A stretch of DNA of 45,276 nucleotides from an uncultured Candidatus Woesearchaeota archaeon (GTDB lineage: Archaea; Nanobdellota; Nanobdellia; Woesearchaeales; 21-14-0-10-32-9). The first letter of the stretch is position 1, and each line of letters begins with the position of its first letter. The position numbers were made by a program, and so were the translations under genes. Positions 1-7,869 of the stretch are shown in pieces. The notes under the pieces were generated by a model, which was given only the letters and a program-made list of their open reading frames with translations, had not been told where the DNA came from and ran no database searches. The stretch is from NCBI GenBank assembly GCA_903891505.1, contig CAITEO010000002.1, positions 1-45,276 on the forward strand, read 5' to 3'.

Positions 1-587
1 ATTATGAATACGTCAACTCCTTCTCCGGAGTTAACATCTCGCTGGAGTGCAACATTGATTGCGCGCACCGCAAGTTCTGCTCCTTGTTCGGCAGTCAAGT
101 CTTTCTTCCAGCTATCATCAAGAAGACCGAGTGCGAATACCGATCCTGAACCTGATGCGACAAATCCTTGATTGCTCTCTTTGGAAACATGAGTCAAAGT
201 ACCGTCAAAATATGCTTCATATAGCTGACTTCCTGAATTCTCGTCGTAGCCTGCAAAAATAAAAATACATATCGCGCCTGTTGTTCGAACCCCATTATAG
301 TTCATGTTCGCAAGAAGATTTGCTGCTTCTTTGACTGTTGGCTTTCTCCCTGTGCGCACTTCTTTGAGTTTCAATTCTGCTTTCAGGTATCTTATTACTA
401 ATTGTATGTCTGAGACTGTGCCAGACGTTGTGAGCGCCATTGTAGGAGTTATCTCTACTATCTTATCGATATCTTTCTGCGCGATAAGACTTCCTGCTGT
501 CGCCCTCTTGTCCGCTGCAAGAATCACTGCATCCTTGCATAGAATACCAACTGTAGTTGTCCCTGTCTTCATGTAGGAATCATCCAT
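1..587 (-). CDS. psmB: proteasome subunit beta (C-terminus runs off the window edge)
   Basis: Not in the ORF track because no stop lies in the window. Reverse-strand translation from the ATG at 587 reads MDDSYMKTGTTTVGILCKDAVILAADKRATAGSLIAQKDIDKI...ASGSGSVFALG...AINVALQRDVNSGEGVDVFII. A short propeptide is followed by the TTTVG N-terminal Thr nucleophile, the Ntn-hydrolase beta-subunit pattern. A GAGAGGG SD-like site lies just upstream. Confidence 0.85.
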   Translation of the reverse strand, partial: MDDSYMKTGTTTVGILCKDAVILAADKRATAGSLIAQKDIDKIVEITPTMALTTSGTVSDIQLVIRYLKAELKLKEVRTGRKPTVKEAANLLANMNYNGVRTTGAICIFIFAGYDENSGSQLYEAYFDGTLTHVSKESNQGFVASGSGSVFALGLLDDSWKKDLTAEQGAELAVRAINVALQRDVNSGEGVDVFI

Positions 588-815
588 GTTTTCCCTCTCA
601 AGATTTTTTGATGTTTTTTTATTCTTATGAGCATCCACGTCGAATCACCGAATGGAATAGCGCTTTTTTAACAATTTGATAAAACGCTAAGAACCCCTTA
701 TTATACTTTGGTTATGATATATCATTTATATAGTTTTTGGCTTTCTGCACCGAAAGATTTTGTGAATTGAGTTTCTCTACCTGCTACTCTTTATAGTTAA
801 GGACATAAATAAATT

Positions 816-904
816 ATAGTGCCTTGCTCGCCACTTAATGAACACATCTATTGTACTAGACTCGGAACACAATGATTACAAACATCTTCCGGCGAGCGCA
901 CTAT
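816..904 (+). other. 89-nt element closed by a 7+7 bp helix; candidate small structured RNA, class unassigned
   Basis: ATAGTGC-ctt-GCTCGCC (816-832) pairs perfectly with GGCGAGC-GCACTAT (891-904). TTTATAGT at 790-797 would place a transcription start near 820. No C/D, T-loop or other class signature was recognised. Confidence 0.25.
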
Positions 905-940
905 TAAGACACTATTGTTCTTAAGTATTATACAATAAAA

Positions 941-948
941 TATTTAAA
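941..948 (+). promoter_or_regulatory. TATA box (TATTTAAA) for the leaderless gene starting at 971
   Basis: The box centre is 26.5 nt upstream of the ATG at 971. The same spacing recurs at at least 10 other genes in the window. Confidence 0.45.
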
Positions 949-970
949 CAAGATTAATAGTTTTGATTCT

Positions 971-1423
971 ATGGAGAAATTCAAGACATTCACAATTCTT
1001 CTATTAATACTAGTTGCAATACTTGCTGTACTGTTAATAATGGGTAAAAAACAGACAAGCTATATCTGCTACGACGGAACAGAGCAGCAAGACCTAAATA
1101 AATGCCCGACAGTTCCAACTCTAGCAATAGATCAAAAGAAAGCAACTGATGCAATTAACAACTATGCAAGAGCATATGCAAGCTCCAAAGCAGATAGTTA
1201 CAGCATAGTAAATGTGTATAGGAATGGAAGTATTTGGAAAACAGATGTTCTTTTTTCTAGCACAAAAACAAAGGAAGTGTATAGCGTCAATCTTGATATT
1301 GACGGTAAAACAGCAACTGTAACTTGCACTGCTGGATGTGCTTATCTTGGATTGAACATCCCTATTAATACAAGCGCAACAAATACTACAAACACGACGA
1401 AGACTAATATAACCTCGCATTAA
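971..1423 (+). CDS. membrane-anchored extracellular protein of unknown function
   Basis: N-terminal TM helix FTILLLILVAILAVLLIM, then a small globular part (AIDQKKATDAINNYAR...VYSVNLDIDGKTATV, weakly PepSY-like) and an N/T-rich sequon tail (NTSATNTTNTTKTNITS). Confidence 0.55.
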   Translation: MEKFKTFTILLLILVAILAVLLIMGKKQTSYICYDGTEQQDLNKCPTVPTLAIDQKKATDAINNYARAYASSKADSYSIVNVYRNGSIWKTDVLFSSTKTKEVYSVNLDIDGKTATVTCTAGCAYLGLNIPINTSATNTTNTTKTNITSH

Positions 1424-1522
1424 ATTATTTATTTTACCTTTCATTATTTCTAATTTAATCAGTCAATTTTATTTATGTCTAGTTTAGTTATAGCTTCAAC
1501 TCCGTTTAGAGCCATATCAATA

Positions 1523-1530
1523 TTTATATA
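1523..1530 (+). promoter_or_regulatory. TATA box (TTTATATA) for the leaderless gene starting at 1552
   Basis: Consensus archaeal TATA with its centre 26.5 nt upstream of the ATG at 1552. Confidence 0.55.
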
Positions 1531-1551
1531 GATAAATCCTAATCCGAACGT

Positions 1552-2208
1552 ATGGCTGATAAATCATTCGTACTTTTGTCGCTTAAGGACGATAAAGCAA
1601 AGGAACTAAGCAAAGTGCTTGGCAACGAAACATGCAGGAAAATCCTTGACTACATGGCAAGCAAGGGTGATGCTACCGAGACACAAATCTCAAAAGATCT
1701 AAGTGTTCCAATAAGCACGGTAAATTATAATATGAAACTTCTCTCTGAGAACGGGATTGTTAGCGCAAATGAATATCATTATTCTGAGAAAGGAAAGGAA
1801 GTTACTCACTACAAGCTAAAGAACAGATACATAATCATTGCACCAAAAGAAGAATCAGAATCAAGCATTATGAGCAAACTCCGCGGAATTATTCCTGGTG
1901 CAATAATACTTGGTGCAGGAACTGTGATTGTCGGTGCGTTTGAATTCATAAAAAGACACAGCATAACATTTGCCAATACTGGTGCTAGAATGATGACGAA
2001 GAGTGCAGCATTCGCTGCAGATCAGGTCGCGGAAAGTGCTCCATCGACAGCCGCACCTCTTGCTGCAGGCACAACAAATGCAGCATCTACTGCTGCGGCT
2101 CTCGCGCAGAGCGCATCAATTGTTCCTCATTACACATTATGGTTCTTCCTCGGCGGACTATTTGTTCTTATTTGCATTCTTATCTGGAACTTTGTAAAGA
2201 AGAACTAA
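1552..2208 (+). CDS. ArsR-family winged-helix regulator fused to C-terminal membrane segments
   Basis: The N-terminus KELSKVLGNETCRKILDYMASKGDATETQISKDLSVPISTVNYNMKLLSENGIV has the ArsR/SmtB wHTH pattern. The C-terminal half has hydrophobic helices (IIPGAIILGAGTVIVGAF, LWFFLGGLFVLICILIW) separated by an Ala-rich linker. Confidence 0.7.
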   Translation: MADKSFVLLSLKDDKAKELSKVLGNETCRKILDYMASKGDATETQISKDLSVPISTVNYNMKLLSENGIVSANEYHYSEKGKEVTHYKLKNRYIIIAPKEESESSIMSKLRGIIPGAIILGAGTVIVGAFEFIKRHSITFANTGARMMTKSAAFAADQVAESAPSTAAPLAAGTTNAASTAAALAQSASIVPHYTLWFFLGGLFVLICILIWNFVKKN

Positions 2209-2219
2209 ATACATCTAGA

Positions 2220-2225
2220 TTTTTT
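2220..2225 (+). terminator. oligo-T tract downstream of the ArsR-like gene
   Basis: A T6 run lies 12 nt after the stop at 2208, followed by a further T5 run. Archaeal terminators are typically oligo-T. Confidence 0.35.
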
Positions 2226-2298
2226 ATCTAATATTTTTCAGTCAATCTCTATTTTATTATATCCTGCTTTTTTTTCTCCTACAAAGTGAAAACCAAAG

Positions 2299-2306
2299 TT
2301 TAAAAT
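2299..2306 (+). promoter_or_regulatory. TATA-like box (TTTAAAAT) for the leaderless ABC ATPase gene
   Basis: The box centre is 26.5 nt upstream of the ATG at 2329. Confidence 0.45.
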
Positions 2307-2328
2307 AAAGCTACTCAATTGTATTTGC

Positions 2329-3414
2329 ATGGGAGGAAAGGATCCAATACTAAAAGTAGATAATATTACGAAATCCTATGGACGAAAACAAGTCCTGAAC
2401 GGAATTTCTTTCGATGTTTACCCCGGAGAAACTCTCGGCCTCATAGGCACAAGCGGTTCCGGAAAGACAACTCTTCTTAACTGCATGATTGGCTTTGTAA
2501 CGCCCGATACGGGTGATGTAAAATTTAGGCAACCACGGCACGACGACAAAGTCGAGATTCCAGTGGAAGACAAACCAGAAAAAGATATTAAAGATGGAAA
2601 AGATAAGGAGAAGAAACTCGACGTAAAGCTTGAACTAGTAAAAGGATCAACTTACAAATCAGTCTACATCAGAGCTTCAAGGTTCAAACATGTCTATGGT
2701 TTTGCTTGCCAAGTGCCAAGCTTCTATGAAAAACTAACTGTTAAAGAAAACCTTCATTACTTTGGCGAACTATACGGCCTTTCACATGATGTGCTAAAGT
2801 CTAATGTTAATACATTATTGAAGCTGATGGATCTTGAAAATTCATCCTCTATTCTAGGTAAGAATCTCTCTGGAGGTATGGAAAGAAGACTTGACATTGC
2901 CTGTTCATTAATACACAATCCTCCTCTGTTAATACTTGATGAACCAACAGCTGATCTTGATCCTATTCTAAGAAAGAATATTTGGAACATAATAAAAAAA
3001 ATTAATCAGAAAGGAACAACAGTCATACTTTCAAGTCATCATTTGAATGAAATAGAAAGTTTGTGTGATAGAATAGCTATTTTGAAGGATGGTCAGATAA
3101 TTGCTCTTGGCACAGCAGATGAGCTTAAGAACAAATACTTGAAGCATAAGGAAGTTAGAATAGAATCATCTCCAGGAGATTATGAGAAACTAGGACCTTA
3201 TCTGCAGAAGAAATTCAAGAAAGAAATTGCAAGTTATGACATAAAAGGCGGAGAACTTATCTTGTTCTGCGAGAAACCGCAGGAGCTGCTAAACGATTTG
3301 GTAAATGCAATTGAGCAGGAGAAAGAAAAAATTCTTGAGTTAAAACTCGTTAAGCCTAGTCTTGATCAGGTATTCATAACACTCAACAAAAAAAATGAGG
3401 AGAAAAAAAGTTAG
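2329..3414 (+). CDS. ABC transporter ATP-binding protein
   Basis: Walker A GTSGSGKTT, Q-loop CQVPSFYEKLTV, signature LSGGMERRL, Walker B LLILDEPT and H-loop SSHHLNE are all present. An unusual ~60-aa K/D/E-rich insert lies between Walker A and the Q-loop, and there is a ~100-aa C-terminal extension. Confidence 0.9.
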   Translation: MGGKDPILKVDNITKSYGRKQVLNGISFDVYPGETLGLIGTSGSGKTTLLNCMIGFVTPDTGDVKFRQPRHDDKVEIPVEDKPEKDIKDGKDKEKKLDVKLELVKGSTYKSVYIRASRFKHVYGFACQVPSFYEKLTVKENLHYFGELYGLSHDVLKSNVNTLLKLMDLENSSSILGKNLSGGMERRLDIACSLIHNPPLLILDEPTADLDPILRKNIWNIIKKINQKGTTVILSSHHLNEIESLCDRIAILKDGQIIALGTADELKNKYLKHKEVRIESSPGDYEKLGPYLQKKFKKEIASYDIKGGELILFCEKPQELLNDLVNAIEQEKEKILELKLVKPSLDQVFITLNKKNEEKKS

Positions 3415-3445
3415 ACTAACAAAATTAAATTATTAGGTGCAACTC

Positions 3446-5404
3446 ATGAGTATGAAATGGACGAAAACACTAGGTAAGAACTTCAAGATTCTTGCGAGAT
3501 CAAAAGGATCAGCATTAATGGTACTTCTAGCTCCGTTGTTAATTGTCCTCATAATAGGTCTTAGTTTTGCAGGAAATAAAGAGAACACTACTCATGTAGG
3601 AATATACTTGAGTGATAACAACAATAATCTTACAAACAGGTTTATTACAAACCTCAATACGAGCGACAACACGCTTACAATATTCTCAACTTCAAATAGT
3701 TGCATAAATGCTATAAAAGAGGGAGTTGTAGTAACTTGCATAGTATTTCCGCAGAACTTCGCAATTGCAGACAACAAGACTAATCAAGTCGTATTTTATG
3801 TGGATGAATCAAGACTTAATCTTGTATACAAACTTATAGCTTCGCTCACAGTAAATGTAAATGTGGAGAGCACAGAGGTAAGTAAAGAGCTCACTCAGCA
3901 GTTGCTTTTCATAATGGATCAAACGAAGAAAGATGTTGATGATAGTGTGGCGCTCTCAGTTGGTATGAAAGCAAAGACGAGCAGTCTTGCTGGGAAGTCA
4001 GCAGATACAAAAACAAAAGTATCTAGCATGAATATGACCACTACTGCTGTAAATATGGCTACACTAAAACAAAATCTTAATAATGTTACAACTGATTATA
4101 ACAATCTAAAAAGCAGAGCAAGTAGTGTGCGTAGTGAAGGTTACTCTGTACTTGCTGACCTTAATATTACTTCAGGCGCACTTATGACTGCATTGCAAAA
4201 TCTAGATATTAGCTTAAGTGGGAATGATTCCACCGCTTCGACAAATGATTTTAACGCCTTAAATGATGCTATAAATAATTTGGCTACACAAGTTACAGCA
4301 ATGCAAAATCAGCTTGCAGAAGCAAAGAATGTGCAGTCAACAGTTTTATCAACGCTTAACTCGCTTAGCAGCGACATAACATCTCTCTCAACAGATCTTG
4401 ATAATCTGAAGATAAAACAGGAAGGAATAAGAACGAGAATAAACTCATTTAGTTTGAAGTCTGCTGAGAGTATTTCTCATCCTATTACAACAAAAGTTGA
4501 ATCTGTTGTCGCAAAGAACAACAAGATAACTTATTCATTCCCATATCTTTTGATGATGGTTGTTTTGTTCGTTGGAATAATGCTTTCAAGCACAATAGTA
4601 TTTATGGAGAAAGATTCAAGAGCGTTCTTTAGAAATTTCACAACTCCAACAAAGAGCGCGCATTTCATAATGATGAATTACTTTACATCATTTATTATAC
4701 TCGTTGCTCAATGTATAATAATACTTGCCGCAGTTTACTTTGGTTTGCATGTTCCTGCACTAACAAACATAGGTCTTACTACTCTATTCCTATTCTTAGG
4801 TATAACTGTTTTCATCCTTATAGGCATGATTGTTGGCAGCATATTTAGCACATCTGAAGCTATAACTATGAGCACTATTGCAATCGGCTCCGTACTTCTG
4901 TTCCTCTCCAATCTCATATTACCTCTTGAAACACTCTCGCCATTAATAGGACAGATAGCGAGGTTCAATCCATACGTCCTAGCGTCAGAAGGAATAAAGA
5001 AAGCAATGCTATTCCAATCCACATTTCAAGATCTTTATTTCGAGTTAATAGTTCTTGCTGCTTACTGTATAATACTTTTGATAATAGTTATCTCGATAAA
5101 GCGAATTATAACTTTGAAGTTCTTTGACAAAGTAATGAGAAGACGACATAAGATGGTATTCACAGTGCCTGAAGATCATTATTTGAGAATTGATGATAAG
5201 AACATCATAGTTAGAAGTGTTCCTGAACTTCTTGAAACATTAAAGCATATGAGCAATCATGATTACGCAACACTAACAAAACCAAACGTATTCACGAAGT
5301 GGCTGCGTGAAAGCTTGAATGAGAAGAGACTTGCTCTAAAACTTGAAGGAAAGAGCCTTGATAGTGCGATAAAAATACTTGAGAAATACGTCAAGAGCAA
5401 GTGA
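3446..5404 (+). CDS. ABC-2 type permease, YhgE/Pip-like architecture, with extra C-terminal cytoplasmic domain
   Basis: One N-terminal TM helix is followed by a ~330-aa S/T/N-rich coiled-coil-like extracellular region and 5 C-terminal TM helices. A soluble tail (PEDHYLRIDDKNIIVRSVPELLETLKHMSNHDY...FTKWLRESL) follows. The start is moved from the track GTG at 3437 to the ATG at 3446, because that GTG is part of an AGGTG SD 7 nt upstream of 3446. Confidence 0.75.
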   Translation: MSMKWTKTLGKNFKILARSKGSALMVLLAPLLIVLIIGLSFAGNKENTTHVGIYLSDNNNNLTNRFITNLNTSDNTLTIFSTSNSCINAIKEGVVVTCIVFPQNFAIADNKTNQVVFYVDESRLNLVYKLIASLTVNVNVESTEVSKELTQQLLFIMDQTKKDVDDSVALSVGMKAKTSSLAGKSADTKTKVSSMNMTTTAVNMATLKQNLNNVTTDYNNLKSRASSVRSEGYSVLADLNITSGALMTALQNLDISLSGNDSTASTNDFNALNDAINNLATQVTAMQNQLAEAKNVQSTVLSTLNSLSSDITSLSTDLDNLKIKQEGIRTRINSFSLKSAESISHPITTKVESVVAKNNKITYSFPYLLMMVVLFVGIMLSSTIVFMEKDSRAFFRNFTTPTKSAHFIMMNYFTSFIILVAQCIIILAAVYFGLHVPALTNIGLTTLFLFLGITVFILIGMIVGSIFSTSEAITMSTIAIGSVLLFLSNLILPLETLSPLIGQIARFNPYVLASEGIKKAMLFQSTFQDLYFELIVLAAYCIILLIIVISIKRIITLKFFDKVMRRRHKMVFTVPEDHYLRIDDKNIIVRSVPELLETLKHMSNHDYATLTKPNVFTKWLRESLNEKRLALKLEGKSLDSAIKILEKYVKSK

Positions 5405-5494
5405 TGTAAATATATTTTAAAAAATCATAGCTTAAACAAGAAAAGATATGAAAAAACATTCTTGACTTCTATTCTATCTGAATACTTAAAAACA

Positions 5495-5502
5495 TTTATA
5501 TA
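5495..5502 (+). promoter_or_regulatory. TATA box (TTTATATA) upstream of the secreted-protein gene
   Basis: The box centre is 26.5 nt upstream of the in-frame ATG at 5525. This suggests 5525 rather than 5516 is the leaderless start. Confidence 0.5.
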
Positions 5503-5515
5503 TCCAAATCCCTAA

Positions 5516-6256
5516 ATGAACTGGATGGTAAACAAAAAAACTAACAAAAAACTAATTATGATTTTATTGACAATAATAACATTATTTGCGCTCAGCGCAG
5601 TGTTCGCCAGCGCGGATGTGATAGATCCGAATAGTAAAACTGTGCCTTTTTGCGCCAAAGTAATAAATCTTAACGATTACCCTGACTATTATTTTGTAAG
5701 TGTTGAAACTTATCCTGGTAGCAGAAGTATAGATGTTGGAAACATAATAACATCGGATGAATGCTTGGGAATAAAAGGATATAAATTTGATTCCTTAGAA
5801 ATTTATGCAATTAACAAATCATATGTTGACTCGATTGGAATTGATAATATTCCAACTATTAATGTATCATTTCCTGGTGAATGTGAGGGTGGCTGTTTCA
5901 AAGAAGAATTCTCACCTGAGAATGCGATGTTGCTTAACGAATCAGTAAATTTGGGATCTAGCTACTATGTAAAGAAGTCAAGCCCAATGCAAAAAATGGA
6001 TGTAGAATTGAAAGTTACAAAAATAGGAGAGGACTTCATCATATACACCTCGAAGACAACAATCAGCTACAAGAATGGTAAGACTGATGTAAAATTATTC
6101 GTTGCACCAACTACAATTCCGCCACTTCCAGCACAAATTAGCATTTTTACAGATCCTCTTACTTCTGAACAGCGGGGATATGGACAAGTAGTTTCAAGGA
6201 ACATCTTCCAGAATGTCGGTTGTTTCTTCAAGAAACTGTTCGGTGGAGCATGCTGA
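5516..6256 (+). CDS. secreted protein of unknown function (likely true start at ATG 5525)
   Basis: Signal-peptide-like N-terminus KKLIMILLTIITLFALSAVFASADV. No family was recognised. The C-terminus is CFFKKLFGGAC. Confidence 0.6.
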   Translation: MNWMVNKKTNKKLIMILLTIITLFALSAVFASADVIDPNSKTVPFCAKVINLNDYPDYYFVSVETYPGSRSIDVGNIITSDECLGIKGYKFDSLEIYAINKSYVDSIGIDNIPTINVSFPGECEGGCFKEEFSPENAMLLNESVNLGSSYYVKKSSPMQKMDVELKVTKIGEDFIIYTSKTTISYKNGKTDVKLFVAPTTIPPLPAQISIFTDPLTSEQRGYGQVVSRNIFQNVGCFFKKLFGGAC

Positions 6257-6279
6257 TTTGTGGTGTGTGATACTTTAAG

Positions 6280-6669
6280 ATGCTAAGTTACGAACTTGAT
6301 TTTTTATTTTCTCTTTTTTTGACCTTGATTATAGAGGTTCCTGTACTTGTATTGCTGACTCGTTTTCATTTTAGGATAAATAGTAAAAAAATAAGCACGG
6401 CAATGCTTGTATTCACAGGAATCGTCTGCTCGTTCGCCACGTTGCCTTATGTCTGGTTTATTTTTCCGTATCTCATAGAGAACCAGACATTGTATGTAAT
6501 TACTGCTGAACTGTTCGCAGTTGTTGTGGAGACAATAATCTATTATTATGTCTTCAAATACACGCATAAATTAAGTTTAAAGAACTCTTTCGTTCTCTCT
6601 TTTCTTTGCAACCTCGCATCATTCCTCGTGGGTGTGTTGATTTTTACTATTGTCGCGCAAGCGCTCTAA
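6280..6669 (+). CDS. small integral membrane protein (about 4 TM helices)
   Basis: Four hydrophobic segments. It lies 24 nt after the preceding stop with GGTGTGTGAT upstream, so it is probably co-transcribed. Confidence 0.5.
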   Translation: MLSYELDFLFSLFLTLIIEVPVLVLLTRFHFRINSKKISTAMLVFTGIVCSFATLPYVWFIFPYLIENQTLYVITAELFAVVVETIIYYYVFKYTHKLSLKNSFVLSFLCNLASFLVGVLIFTIVAQAL

Positions 6670-6698
6670 AAAGTATTACAAATAGTCCAATCGATATA

Positions 6699-6706
6699 TT
6701 TATTAA
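6699..6706 (+). promoter_or_regulatory. TATA box (TTTATTAA) for the leaderless NUDIX gene
   Basis: The box centre is 26.5 nt upstream of the ATG at 6729. Confidence 0.5.
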
Positions 6707-6728
6707 CCTGCCCTAAATTGTTTTGTTC

Positions 6729-7187
6729 ATGCATTTCAAAAATATACATGGCAAAATCATCAAAGCACCTAAGGGCGATTATGCTTGGAGACCTGTTGTT
6801 TACGGTATTTTAATCGAGGACGGTAAGTTGCTTTGTCAAAGACCTCTTTGGGACAAAAGAAAGTATTCCCTCCCTGGCGGCGCAATGAAAAAAGGCGAGT
6901 CATACGATGAAGCGCTAAAAAGAGAATTTCTTGAAGAAACAGGGTGCAAAATAAAAGTTCTTCCGCAGCCAATATACTCAGATACTGAGCTGTTCGGCAA
7001 CCCTGAGAATAATATTTATTTTCAGAGAGTTAGTGCATACTTCAACGTTGAACTAATTTCAAGAAACAAGAAGAGAAAACTTGACAAGGAAACAACTGCG
7101 CTCTTCTTTGTTGATATTGATAATTTGAACAGCAACGACTTTACAGCATTTCAAAGGAAAGCTCTTAAGGATATTCTGAAGAAATAA
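6729..7187 (+). CDS. NUDIX hydrolase
   Basis: Complete Nudix box GX5EX7REUXEEXGU: GAMKKGESYDEALKREFLEETGC. The start is set at the ATG at 6729 (the track used TTG at 6723) because of the TATA spacing. Confidence 0.85.
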   Translation: MHFKNIHGKIIKAPKGDYAWRPVVYGILIEDGKLLCQRPLWDKRKYSLPGGAMKKGESYDEALKREFLEETGCKIKVLPQPIYSDTELFGNPENNIYFQRVSAYFNVELISRNKKRKLDKETTALFFVDIDNLNSNDFTAFQRKALKDILKK

Positions 7188-7226
7188 TAGCATATCAATT
7201 TTTTGTATTCTTGATTTCTAATAAAC

Positions 7227-7234
7227 TTTATTAA
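7227..7234 (+). promoter_or_regulatory. TATA box (TTTATTAA) for the leaderless HD-domain gene
   Basis: The box centre is about 27 nt upstream of the ATG at 7258. Confidence 0.5.
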
Positions 7235-7257
7235 TCCATATCACTTTTCTAAAATTC

Positions 7258-7746
7258 ATGGACATACTCGGACAAGCTGAACTTTTTGCAAGAAAAGAAT
7301 ATGCTAAGCATGATTTGAATCATGGATGGAAGCACATTGAGGAAGTAATGAAGTATGCGTTCGAGATTGCAAAACAAATCGACCGCTCGAGCAAGTTTAT
7401 GAACGTCGAGGTAAATTACGAGCTGCTCCAACTCGCAGTTCTCTTTCACGACATAGCCTATAAATCATACGAAACACACGTAGAAGAAAGTGTTAAGGTT
7501 GCTGAGGAGTTCTTAACAAAACAAAATTATTCAAAAGAAAAGATTGCAAAGTTAAAAGAAATAATGCTGAATCATTCAGGATCGCATAGGAGAAAATTAG
7601 GCGACGCCAAACTTATCGAGGGAAAGATACTCTACGATGCAGACAAGGCATTCTATGCAACAAGAACACTTGTTGATTACAATAAATACAAACCAACGTT
7701 CTATTTTAGCTTCACGAGAAACATGGTGAAACGACCAGAGAAATAA
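7258..7746 (+). CDS. HD-domain phosphohydrolase
   Basis: H...HD...D metal-binding pattern: HGWKHIEEV, LFHDIAY, NHSGSH, YDADKA. Confidence 0.8.
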   Translation: MDILGQAELFARKEYAKHDLNHGWKHIEEVMKYAFEIAKQIDRSSKFMNVEVNYELLQLAVLFHDIAYKSYETHVEESVKVAEEFLTKQNYSKEKIAKLKEIMLNHSGSHRRKLGDAKLIEGKILYDADKAFYATRTLVDYNKYKPTFYFSFTRNMVKRPEK

Positions 7747-7747
7747 A

Positions 7748-7804
7748 GAAAACGCGAATTAATCCCCAACCTAAAGGTTGGGGTATTTTGACATTCGCGT
7801 TTTC
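7748..7804. other. nested inverted repeat 1 (12-bp outer stem, 8-bp inner hairpin); candidate terminator or structured RNA
   Basis: GAAAACGCGAAT (7748-7759) pairs with ATTCGCGTTTTC (7793-7804). The inner hairpin is CCCCAACC-TAAA-GGTTGGGG (7764-7783). It lies directly after the HD gene stop. Confidence 0.5.
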
Positions 7805-7806
7805 GA

Positions 7807-7856
7807 ATTAAATCGTCGCACTAAAGTGCGGGGTATTGACCCGGCGACGATTTAAT
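7807..7856. other. nested inverted repeat 2 (13-bp outer stem); candidate terminator or structured RNA
   Basis: ATTAAATCGTCGC (7807-7819) pairs with GCGACGATTTAAT (7844-7856). It shares the internal motif CTAAAG..G.GGGGTATT(TT)GAC with repeat 1 and lies directly after the RPA gene stop on the other strand. Confidence 0.5.
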
Positions 7857-7869
7857 AAAAAGTATTTTC

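Noticed and set aside
304-576. A 90-aa plus-strand ORF at the left end (with the ORF at 59-262).
   Set aside because: It lies antisense to a much better reading: the minus strand encodes an uninterrupted proteasome beta subunit with the TTTVG nucleophile. The plus-strand ORFs are shadow frames.
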